Source: Candidatus Omnitrophota bacterium (GTDB taxonomy: Bacteria; Ratteibacteria; UBA8468; MWAK01). Taken from it: a stretch of 64,000 nucleotides of DNA. The stretch is taken from the NCBI GenBank assembly GCA_043826355.1, contig JBDRQI010000009.1, forward strand, positions 8,625 to 72,624, in the 5' to 3' direction. The translations under genes were made by a program, and so were the position numbers. This document shows, in pieces, positions 56,253-64,000 of the stretch (the stretch's first letter is position 1; each line of letters starts with the position of its first letter). A model generated the notes under the pieces. That model saw nothing but the letters and a program-made list of their open reading frames with translations. It was not told the origin of the DNA and did no database searches.

Positions 56253-57842
56253 ATGGACCCGACCCTCCTCTTTCTGCTGGCCGCGCTGGTCATCATGCTC
56301 CTGGCCCGGCCCCTGGCCAGAATCCTGCGGCTGCCGGTCATATCAGTTTATCTCCTGAGCGGGCTTCTTCTCGGCCCGAGCGGCCTTAACCTGTTCCGGG
56401 ATATTAAAACACTCCGTTATTTTTACTACCTCGGCCTCATACTCCTGCTGTTTTCAATGGGGCTTAAGATAAAACGACCCCAGTTTCAAAAGAACCGGCG
56501 CTCCATCCTGAGCGTCCTTATTATCAACGGACTGGCAGTCGGAATAATCATGGGGCTGATGCTTTTCGCCCTGCCTCTAAGTCAGGCCGGCCCGGGTCTA
56601 TGGCTGGCCCTTTTCGCCGGTTCCATACTCCTTTCCTCCTCCCTGGAGATAGTGGCGCCGTTTCTGCACGAACTATCCTACCGGGGTTCCCGCCACATGC
56701 GCGCTTTTGTCTCCAGCCTGGTCAGCGGAACCCTGGCGCAGGAGATAACCAGCATCTTTTTAATCTCCCTGCTCATCTTTTTTTTCAAAAAAACCGACCT
56801 TGTCTTTTCCCTGCTTATGGGAAGCGGGGTTGCCGCCTTCGTACTGATACTGCTCTACGGACTGCCGTTCTTTGCCCGCAAGGCGGTCAGCCATCCCCGA
56901 GCCAGAATGGTTTCACCGGAAGACCAGAGCCGCCTCCTTATCGTCGTAATTTTGGTAATCGTCTGGCTGGCTTCCGCTCTGAAGATCCAGGTTATCATCG
57001 CCGCGTTTCTGGCCGGTATCGCCCTGGCCAATATGCGGCTGGACCGCCGGGTTCTCCAGAATATCGATTTCCTCTCTTCGGGTATATTTATCCCTATCTT
57101 CTTCCTGATGGTGGGCGTGGAAGCAAATCTTCGGCTTATCCGTTCCGGGCGCAACTGGGTTTATCTTGCCCTCATGCTGCTCACCCTGGTGTCCGCAAAA
57201 GTTATCTCCGGCTATCTTATCGCTAAAAAAGAGAGGTTCGGCACCAGGGAATCTTTTGGTTTCGGCTTTGCCACCACGCCGCAGCTTTCCGGCACTTTAG
57301 CCACTGCGATTGCCGGATATGAAGCCGGCATTCTACCCCGGGATTTCCTCGGTTTTATTATTCTCATATCCCTGGCGACTACCTTTGCCGGACCGATCGT
57401 AAGCCGGTTATTCCTGTCTCCCGGGTACCGGCGCCAGGAAGGTTACCGTGACCTTGAAGATTATCTTAACCTTGATTTCCAACCCCTGAAGATAGACGAA
57501 TCGCTCTTCTCCATCATGACCCATATCCGGGGCCTGGAAATTTCCGTCTATCCGGCGGTGGATAAGAAAGGCATCTACCGGGGCGTACTGCACCTCTCCG
57601 AACTGCGCGACCTGATTCTCAGCGAGGAACTGGACCACCTGGTCATCGCCGCAGACCTGCTCTCGACAGATATACCGGTACTCTACCGCGACGAACCGGT
57701 GGAAAAGGCGATTGAGGTTTTCCGGGGGTGCAGTTGTTATGCTGTTCCGGTTCTGGAAGCGACCGAGGAAGGCGATGTTTATACCGGCCTCATCCTCTTG
57801 AAAGACATCCTGCCGGACCTGCCGGTGAGGTCAAACACCTGA
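56253..57842 (+). CDS. Cation:proton antiporter (CPA2) with C-terminal CBS domains
   Basis: GLLLGPSGL, IIAAFLAG, FIPIFF, many TM helices; CBS-like YPAVD..YRGVL and VPVLE..YTGLI. Confidence 0.88.
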   Translation: MDPTLLFLLAALVIMLLARPLARILRLPVISVYLLSGLLLGPSGLNLFRDIKTLRYFYYLGLILLLFSMGLKIKRPQFQKNRRSILSVLIINGLAVGIIMGLMLFALPLSQAGPGLWLALFAGSILLSSSLEIVAPFLHELSYRGSRHMRAFVSSLVSGTLAQEITSIFLISLLIFFFKKTDLVFSLLMGSGVAAFVLILLYGLPFFARKAVSHPRARMVSPEDQSRLLIVVILVIVWLASALKIQVIIAAFLAGIALANMRLDRRVLQNIDFLSSGIFIPIFFLMVGVEANLRLIRSGRNWVYLALMLLTLVSAKVISGYLIAKKERFGTRESFGFGFATTPQLSGTLATAIAGYEAGILPRDFLGFIILISLATTFAGPIVSRLFLSPGYRRQEGYRDLEDYLNLDFQPLKIDESLFSIMTHIRGLEISVYPAVDKKGIYRGVLHLSELRDLILSEELDHLVIAADLLSTDIPVLYRDEPVEKAIEVFRGCSCYAVPVLEATEEGDVYTGLILLKDILPDLPVRSNT

Positions 57843-57864
57843 TGTTTAAAAATAAAGAACGCTG

Positions 57865-59016
57865 ATGGAAACGGGAATTCTAAAATTGGCTGAAGCGGAA
57901 ATTAAATACAGCTTGCTGAAAAACAGCAAACATAACTGGCTGCAGTTCTGGTATGCGATTATTCCGGAAAAACCGGAACAGATTGCAGACCAGGTAAAAA
58001 CCATAAAACAAGCCGAGTCCGAACTTTATAAATTTTTTAAAATTGAACCTGAAACCTCTGTTACAAAACGATTCTTTTCCAGTGACCTGACAAATCATTA
58101 CCGCGAGTTTATTAAATATAAAGAAAAACAACCGTCCGATTTCTTTATGTCTTTAACCGAACAGCCCCCGGCTTCCGGCGTAAAAGCAGCCTTGCTGGGT
58201 GTTTGCCTGAGCAACGTTAAAGCCAACAGCAAATTCCGGAATGGTAAATTTTTCCGTTTTGATACAACCTCGGGAACCAGGCACATCTTTGCCGAACATA
58301 TTGTAGATTCCGAAGCCGGCGAAAACTCAGATTCGGAAAAACAGACAAAAAAAATATTCCGTTTTTTGAAAGATAAACTTTCAGATTTTAATACTTCTAT
58401 TGAAGAAAGTGTTTTACGAACCTGGATTTATCTTCCGCATATTGATGCCGATTATCCGGGAATGGTCAAAGCCAGAAAAAAATTTTTTGATTCGATAAAC
58501 TTGACAAAAGATACCCGTTATATTGCCAGTACCGGCATCCAGGGAGGAAGCGGCGGCCGGTTTACGCGCGTATTTATGGACGCATACGCCGCCACAGGCA
58601 TCAACAATGAAAAAATTCGCTACATCCAGGCCCCGGAACATTTAAGCCCGGCCCATCTTTATGGAGTTACCTTTGAAAGGGCAACTGCGGCAGAATCAGG
58701 AAAGACCGACTTTCTTTTTATTTCCGGAACAGCCAGTATCGATAAGAACGGACGGGTCGTGCACCCCGGGGACGTAACCAGGCAAACAGAACATACTTTA
58801 CGAAATATCTCCGCCCTGCTCGATGCCGCCGGTTTTGCAAAAGAAGACCTTTCCAACCTTATCGTTTACCTCAGAGATGCGGCGGATTATGGTTTCATAA
58901 AACCGCAAATTAACCGATACGCCGGAAATTTGCCGGCCGTATACGTTAAAGCCCCGGCCTGCAGGCCGGAATGGCTTATCGAAATTGAAGCGAACGCCGC
59001 CAGACTTACCGCATAA
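57865..59016 (+). CDS. Rid/YjgF-fold multidomain protein (chorismatase FkbO/Hyg5-like architecture)
   Basis: RTWIY, ASTGI, GVTFER, ISGTASID, CRPEWLIEIE. Confidence 0.8.
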   Translation: METGILKLAEAEIKYSLLKNSKHNWLQFWYAIIPEKPEQIADQVKTIKQAESELYKFFKIEPETSVTKRFFSSDLTNHYREFIKYKEKQPSDFFMSLTEQPPASGVKAALLGVCLSNVKANSKFRNGKFFRFDTTSGTRHIFAEHIVDSEAGENSDSEKQTKKIFRFLKDKLSDFNTSIEESVLRTWIYLPHIDADYPGMVKARKKFFDSINLTKDTRYIASTGIQGGSGGRFTRVFMDAYAATGINNEKIRYIQAPEHLSPAHLYGVTFERATAAESGKTDFLFISGTASIDKNGRVVHPGDVTRQTEHTLRNISALLDAAGFAKEDLSNLIVYLRDAADYGFIKPQINRYAGNLPAVYVKAPACRPEWLIEIEANAARLTA

Positions 59017-59069
59017 ATACAACAAAAACCCTTGCTGCCCTGTTACTTGATTTCGCTAAATAATTCCAC

Positions 59070-59208
59070 TGTCATCCTGAGCAATTAATACTCTGTCCCC
59101 TGAACAATTAATACTCTGTCATCCTGAGCTGCGGTTGCGAAGGATCCAATCCTTTAACTGCGGAATTCTTCGTTTCACTCAGAATGACAGAAACCGCTCA
59201 AGGATGAT
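59070..59208. repeat. TGTCATCCTGAG..CTCAGAATGACA element with 24-bp tandem expansion of the left end
   Basis: TGTCATCCTGAGCAATTAATACTC-like unit twice, then a full palindrome. Confidence 0.88.
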
Positions 59209-59240
59209 ACCCAAAGCGCAAAAATTCGTGTTATAAAGTA

Positions 59241-60575
59241 CTACCAGTCCGTCTCGGTTGCGGTCAGCATGTGATTTGAGTTCGGGTGGTTGTAGAAAGG
59301 AGTTAGAATTGCTTCCGCCTTGCCGCTGGCCACGTCAACCGCCTGAAACGATTTCGTGGTCTGGGCAAATATCTTCTCTCCATCAATTGAAGGGGAAATG
59401 GCGCCGGTGATACATAAAACATTCCGGTAACGGGCCTTTAAACCGGCCGGGTGGTCCACTCTGATTTTTTTAATATATTTCATGCTGTTCGCGTCCGCGA
59501 TAAAGATATGGTTCGGGAACCCGATTCCCGCCAGAATTTTTCGGCCGCGATGATTAAAAACGTGAAAGGTGGGAACCCGGAAAAATTCGGGTTCGGTAAA
59601 AACGCCCAATTCTACAGGACCGTCTGCTGTTAAGCGGTATTTGTATACCGACGCCGGACCGCGAAAATTGAGGGTGAACCCGCCTTTCCTTAAAACTTTC
59701 AAAACACTCCCGTGCGTGTAGTTGAAATTGTGGTTTGAAAAATAAACGATGTCGGGTTCATCCGGGTCGAACTGCGCGTGAGCCGCGGTCATAAAACGGG
59801 GGATAATCCAATGCTTTTTATTCTTTAAATCCACCGCCAGCGCTCTGGATGGAATTAACTTGCCGTTCCGGCCGGTGTACATGCCCAACTCACAAATAAC
59901 GCAATATTGCCGGGTTTGGTTGACGGCAATGTCGTGTACGTAGTCGGCAAACTCCCCGGACCAGATATTTTTGGTCTTGCCGGTCCTGTTTTCGCGCTTG
60001 GCTATCCGGCAGAACACCTTCCGCTCCGGCGCCACAATCCTTTTCAGGGAATCCTTCAAAGAATAGGACAGATAATATAGTTCGTCCGTCCGTTCATCGT
60101 AAAATTGCTGGGAACCCAAAACACAGTCGTCTTTGCTTTCCTCGATAAGGTTATACCTTACCCGGCGGTCTTTACAATCAACATCCAGAAATCCGAAATA
60201 AGACCACAAATTTATCAAAAAATGGCCGTTCTGAACACGGGTAACCGTGTGCGGGATTGTCATGAGCATCATCTGTTCCAAAACATTAAAATTGTAGTGG
60301 TACCTCCGGAACAGAAATTTTAATTTGGCAAGATAATTATAAGTTCTATAATCCGCCTTAATGAACCTCGTTAATCCCGGTTGAATAATATCTTTATGGT
60401 TTATGGTGACGCGCAGCCCTTTCCGGGTCTTAAAATTGAAAAAGTAGTAAGCGTGAACGCCGTATTTAAAAAAAGGCGTGCTTTTAATCGTGGGGATTAT
60501 TAAAGAGGACTCCCCGGTTATCCCGGCCGGCAAAGAAAATTCTCTGAATTTTGCGCGTATCTTTTGGCTAACCAT
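59241..60575 (-). CDS. Hypothetical protein, possibly beta-propeller
   Basis: 444-aa ORF coupled to upstream gene; beta-strand-like repeats; no family recognised. Confidence 0.65.
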   Translation of the reverse strand: MVSQKIRAKFREFSLPAGITGESSLIIPTIKSTPFFKYGVHAYYFFNFKTRKGLRVTINHKDIIQPGLTRFIKADYRTYNYLAKLKFLFRRYHYNFNVLEQMMLMTIPHTVTRVQNGHFLINLWSYFGFLDVDCKDRRVRYNLIEESKDDCVLGSQQFYDERTDELYYLSYSLKDSLKRIVAPERKVFCRIAKRENRTGKTKNIWSGEFADYVHDIAVNQTRQYCVICELGMYTGRNGKLIPSRALAVDLKNKKHWIIPRFMTAAHAQFDPDEPDIVYFSNHNFNYTHGSVLKVLRKGGFTLNFRGPASVYKYRLTADGPVELGVFTEPEFFRVPTFHVFNHRGRKILAGIGFPNHIFIADANSMKYIKKIRVDHPAGLKARYRNVLCITGAISPSIDGEKIFAQTTKSFQAVDVASGKAEAILTPFYNHPNSNHMLTATETDW

Positions 60576-61488
60576 TTTGATGTTTCCAGTATCCCGGAAC
60601 TATCTTCCATTCCGCGCCCAACTCATATTCATGCGCCACCGGAGAAAATGAGTGCCTTCCGCTGTTTGGATAGTTTGTCAGTTCACCGAAATATATTTGG
60701 TTGTTTACCAGGTACAGGTCAACGCGAATGAAGTCAAAAGGCGTTCCTAAAAATTCGGCCAGGCCGGTCATGGAATCAAGTTGCGCCGGCTTTTCCACAT
60801 AAACGGCCGTCTTCGCCCACCTCCCTTTTCCTTTGATGTTCAGATAGTCCCATTCCGGTCCATACCAGCCGACGCTTGTTTCCGCAAACCTTTCGTAGAC
60901 AACCTGGACCTCCCGGCATTTCCCGTGGAAGACCAGGAATTTATAGTCGGCCGGAATCTTCCCGTTCTCATCGCGCAGCAGTTTCTCAACCACTATCTTC
61001 CTTTTTATCTTCTGATAGGCCCATTCGTGGTTTTTCAGGCCGTATGGTTTGGCCAGCCATTTTCGGCATTGAGCCACAATCCGTTTCCGGTCAACCGGCT
61101 TATTTTTTTCCACGATTATAATCCATCCCGAACCATGGTTTGCCTTGACAATATACTCTTCCGGAAGGTCGTCAAAAGGGATGGTTTCCGGGCGGTCGGT
61201 CACGTAGAGCAGGGGGATTAATATCTTTTCCGCTTCCCGCTTTCCCATGACATCTTTCAGGTACTGCCGCACCCGGTACTTGTCGGAAACAACAGGAAGG
61301 AGCGGGTTGCGGTCATAAATCTTCTTCCAGACCACCTTTTCGCTGTAACTCCGGGGGTTCTTCAGGTTAAGTTCAAAACCCCTTGTTCTCCTGAAAATCC
61401 TCTTTTCCCGGCGGTAACCGGTCAACTTTTCCCGCAGAGCAAAGAATGTTCCGTCCAGATAATCCCACCAGGAAAGCGGTTTGGCCAT
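60568..61488 (-). CDS. TupA-like ATP-grasp protein
   Basis: NPRSYSEK, DKYRVR, KANHGSG, DYKFLVFHG, RVDLY, YFGELT. Confidence 0.92.
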   Translation of the reverse strand: MAKPLSWWDYLDGTFFALREKLTGYRREKRIFRRTRGFELNLKNPRSYSEKVVWKKIYDRNPLLPVVSDKYRVRQYLKDVMGKREAEKILIPLLYVTDRPETIPFDDLPEEYIVKANHGSGWIIIVEKNKPVDRKRIVAQCRKWLAKPYGLKNHEWAYQKIKRKIVVEKLLRDENGKIPADYKFLVFHGKCREVQVVYERFAETSVGWYGPEWDYLNIKGKGRWAKTAVYVEKPAQLDSMTGLAEFLGTPFDFIRVDLYLVNNQIYFGELTNYPNSGRHSFSPVAHEYELGAEWKIVPGYWKHQNG

Positions 61489-61505
61489 ATCTATTCGAAA
61501 ACAAT

Positions 61506-61545
61506 AAAAAAGGGCTGCCCGTTTTTATGGCGGGCAGCCCTTTTT
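61506..61545. terminator. Intrinsic terminator downstream of the OMP gene
   Basis: AAAAAAGGGCTGCCCG..CGGGCAGCCCTTTTT. Confidence 0.85.
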
Positions 61546-61564
61546 CTTTACACTCCCGACCGGA

Positions 61565-62119
61565 TTAGAACTTCACGCCAAAACCGACGCTCAACCTGAG
61601 GTCGCCGACATCAACATCTTCCCCGTAAAACTCAATGCTGGCAGCGTTGTAGCCCACTTCAAACTGCATGTAGGCGTTGTCCTTGATGAACTGCTTGATG
61701 CCTACCTGGCCGCCGTACAAGAAATTTCCGTCGCTCACTTCAAAATACTCGGTCCAGAAATATCCGAGGGTGAGGCCGATGTACGGCACGGTGTTGCTTT
61801 CGGTGTTGAAGTGGAAATTGGGCCGCACCTGCAAGCCCATCTGCTGAAGGGTCGCCGAACCTCCTTCATCAATCGTTATCGAATGGCCGGCAAGGCCAAA
61901 TTCCAACTGGAAACTGTCGGTAACAAACCGGCCCACGTTCAAAGCGGCCGCAAACGTTGACACGTCTAAACCGCCGGTTTCCCCGTCGTACGTAGTAAAG
62001 TTATACGAAAGGGTGCCCATCGCGGTTCCGTCTCCGGCCTTGACCGCCGCCGAGGCGGCACCGGAAATACCCGCCACCGCAAAACAAACCGCCAAACACA
62101 TCACCAATATTCTCTTCAC
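61565..62119 (-). CDS. Outer-membrane beta-barrel protein
   Basis: Signal peptide, alternating strands, VPYIG, C-terminal GFGVKF; AGGAGG SD. Confidence 0.88.
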   Translation of the reverse strand: MKRILVMCLAVCFAVAGISGAASAAVKAGDGTAMGTLSYNFTTYDGETGGLDVSTFAAALNVGRFVTDSFQLEFGLAGHSITIDEGGSATLQQMGLQVRPNFHFNTESNTVPYIGLTLGYFWTEYFEVSDGNFLYGGQVGIKQFIKDNAYMQFEVGYNAASIEFYGEDVDVGDLRLSVGFGVKF

Positions 62120-62258
62120 TTTGCGCCTCCTTTTTTATTATCCAACAAAAAACATTCACTATAATTAAATCACACACCCCGCAACCTTGTCAACTTTCAA
62201 TCGTTCTTAAATCGTTGTATAATAAATTGATAAACTAGAGAATGTAACATTAATCTCC

Positions 62259-63122
62259 ATGCGCATAAAATTATTACGCCAACTCGAAAAATGGTTTTCC
62301 AACCGGTGCATCCCTGATAAAGTGTATCTTACACGGAAGTACAGGGAAAGGATGGGGAAACGCCTGAACCTGCAAGACCCCCGGGCCTTTACCGAGAAAC
62401 TCCAATGGCTAAAGTTAAATTGGCGCAAAGATATCCTCATCCGGTGTACGGACAAGTACGAAGTGCGCAAGCTTGTGGCAGAGCGGGTCGGCCCGGAGAT
62501 ATTAAAAGAGTTATACGGCGTTTACGACAGGTTGGAAGATATTGATATCAGCCAATTTCCGGACGCTTTTGTTTTAAAAATCAATCACGGAAGCGGTCAA
62601 AATGTTTTTTGCAGAAATAAGTCGGATTTTGACTGGAAACGCTCTTCCGGTTTATTAAAAAAACATTTGAAATCAAACCGCTATTACCCCCACAGGGAGT
62701 GGGGATACAAAAATATCGTTCCCCGCATTATTTGTGAAGAACACTTAACGAAAAACGGGGAAGATATGTATGAATATCAGTTCTATTGCTACGATGGCCT
62801 TTCACGCCTGGTCCAGATTCGTCAAAACAAGGCAGGTGAAATACGGGTAAGCATGTTCGATCTTGACCTGAACCTTCTGGAAGGAAACAAGAATTTAAAA
62901 CCTTTATCCGCGCCTGTTACAAAACCCGCGCAATTTGAAAAAATGATTGAATACGCCTCCAAATTATCCCGGGGGTTTTTGTTTGTCCGGGTAGACCTAT
63001 TTCACGTAAATAACCGGGTCTATTTCGGAGAGATGACCTTCTATCCGGCAAGCGGACTATTTCCGATTGACCCGGAATCGACCGACATTCTTATGGGTTC
63101 TTACCTGAACCTTCCAAGATGA
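62259..63122 (+). CDS. TupA-like ATP-grasp protein
   Basis: FTEKLQWLKL, DKYEVR, KINHGSG, RVDLF, YFGEMTFYP. Confidence 0.92.
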   Translation: MRIKLLRQLEKWFSNRCIPDKVYLTRKYRERMGKRLNLQDPRAFTEKLQWLKLNWRKDILIRCTDKYEVRKLVAERVGPEILKELYGVYDRLEDIDISQFPDAFVLKINHGSGQNVFCRNKSDFDWKRSSGLLKKHLKSNRYYPHREWGYKNIVPRIICEEHLTKNGEDMYEYQFYCYDGLSRLVQIRQNKAGEIRVSMFDLDLNLLEGNKNLKPLSAPVTKPAQFEKMIEYASKLSRGFLFVRVDLFHVNNRVYFGEMTFYPASGLFPIDPESTDILMGSYLNLPR

Positions 63123-64000
63123 GAATCGCATTTCTAACCCCGGGTTTTGTAACCGAGGAAGAGATTTCCGGCGGCCTGGTAAATTATCTCTACCAGACCT
63201 GCTTATCCTTAATTAAACTCGGTCACCAGCCGGTCGTCATCACCGCTTCAAAAAAGAACGGGGTTGTCTTCCATAACGGCATTGAGGTGCACCGGGTCAA
63301 GGTTAAAAATTATCTCCTTTCGTTCCTGGATATTATCATCCTGCGCCAGTTCACCCGGTCGCTTGCCTATCTTTACCAGAGCCGGAAACTCAACCGGGAA
63401 GCGATGAAGGCGCACCGGAAAGACCCTTTTGCCGTTATTCAGTGCGCAAGTTCCCTGGCCGTCGGCCTGTTTCGTCCTGAAGAAGTACCAACGGTGGTAA
63501 GGATATCAAGCCACCCGGGGCTCTGGCGAAAAGCAAAAGGAAAAACCTACTTCCACCTGGACCAAAGAATCGCTTGCGGTTTGGAAATAAGGGCCGCCGC
63601 AAGGGCTGACGCCATCTTTGCTCCCAGCCGAATCATCGCCGACATCATCCGGAAAGAAACCGGCAAGCCGGTAACGGTAATTGAAACACCGGTCAGCGCC
63701 GAAATTTCCGAAACGGACGACCGGCTCTACCGGGATTTACTTGCCGGCCGGGACTATCTGTTCTTTTTTGGGTCTCTGGACCGTCGGAAAGGAGTTGATG
63801 TAATCGCCGAAATACTCTTTGAACTGCTGGAGAAATACCCGAAACTGCTCTTTGTCTTTATCGGTCAGGACAGCGGTTACCAAAAAAGGATAATGATGAG
63901 CGGGTACCTGCGCCAAAAAGCCGGGCCACATCAAAAAAGAGTCCTTTGCCCGGGAAGGGTGACCCGCGAACAACTCTACCCGGTGCTGGATAACGCCCTG
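63119..64000 (+). CDS. Glycosyltransferase family 4, 3'-truncated by window edge (not in ORF track)
   Basis: ATG overlaps upstream TGA; MRIAFLTPGF..SGGLVNY..LGHQPVVIT..FFGSLDRRKG. Confidence 0.85.
   Translation, partial: MRIAFLTPGFVTEEEISGGLVNYLYQTCLSLIKLGHQPVVITASKKNGVVFHNGIEVHRVKVKNYLLSFLDIIILRQFTRSLAYLYQSRKLNREAMKAHRKDPFAVIQCASSLAVGLFRPEEVPTVVRISSHPGLWRKAKGKTYFHLDQRIACGLEIRAAARADAIFAPSRIIADIIRKETGKPVTVIETPVSAEISETDDRLYRDLLAGRDYLFFFGSLDRRKGVDVIAEILFELLEKYPKLLFVFIGQDSGYQKRIMMSGYLRQKAGPHQKRVLCPGRVTREQLYPVLDNAL

Noticed and set aside
59070..59130. Short tandem repeats as a possible CRISPR array
   Set aside because: Intervening sequences are identical and too short, no cas genes, and the unit is the end of a dispersed palindromic repeat

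Overview
Chromosomal window from a diderm bacterium. The H-X9-DG prepilin protein and the S9 ending in QWTKR are compatible with a PVC-associated lineage such as Omnitrophota, but that is an inference. Most of the window is surface-glycan/LPS genes (many glycosyltransferases, two B12-binding radical SAM enzymes, a WcaJ-like transferase, O-antigen-ligase/TPR and TMTC-like proteins, an ArnT trio, two TupA ATP-grasp genes), a split mlaFD/mlaE ABC system and housekeeping genes (serS, leuS, rpsI, nfo, fba, mgtA, tRNA-Ala). Five things stand out. (1) A stand-alone 23S rRNA gene with its own promoter and terminator and no adjacent 16S or 5S. It carries three group I introns (E. coli-equivalent sites 1917, 2262, 2500), two with LAGLIDADG homing endonucleases. 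One endonuclease ORF has no stop inside its intron: it ends in the rRNA exon, or would gain a different stop if the intron circularises. (2) Several families of short palindromic repeats, found between genes and also in frame inside at least eight protein genes (twice in leuS) and inside a ribozyme loop. (3) A 63-bp direct repeat bracketing a 5.1-kb two-gene segment with no integrase. (4) Two adjacent ORFs in which a small cytoplasmic domain is fused ahead of an exported enzyme. (5) A duplicated tRNA 3' end followed by a long hairpin. All calls come from reading the sequence and recalling motifs; no database searches were run.
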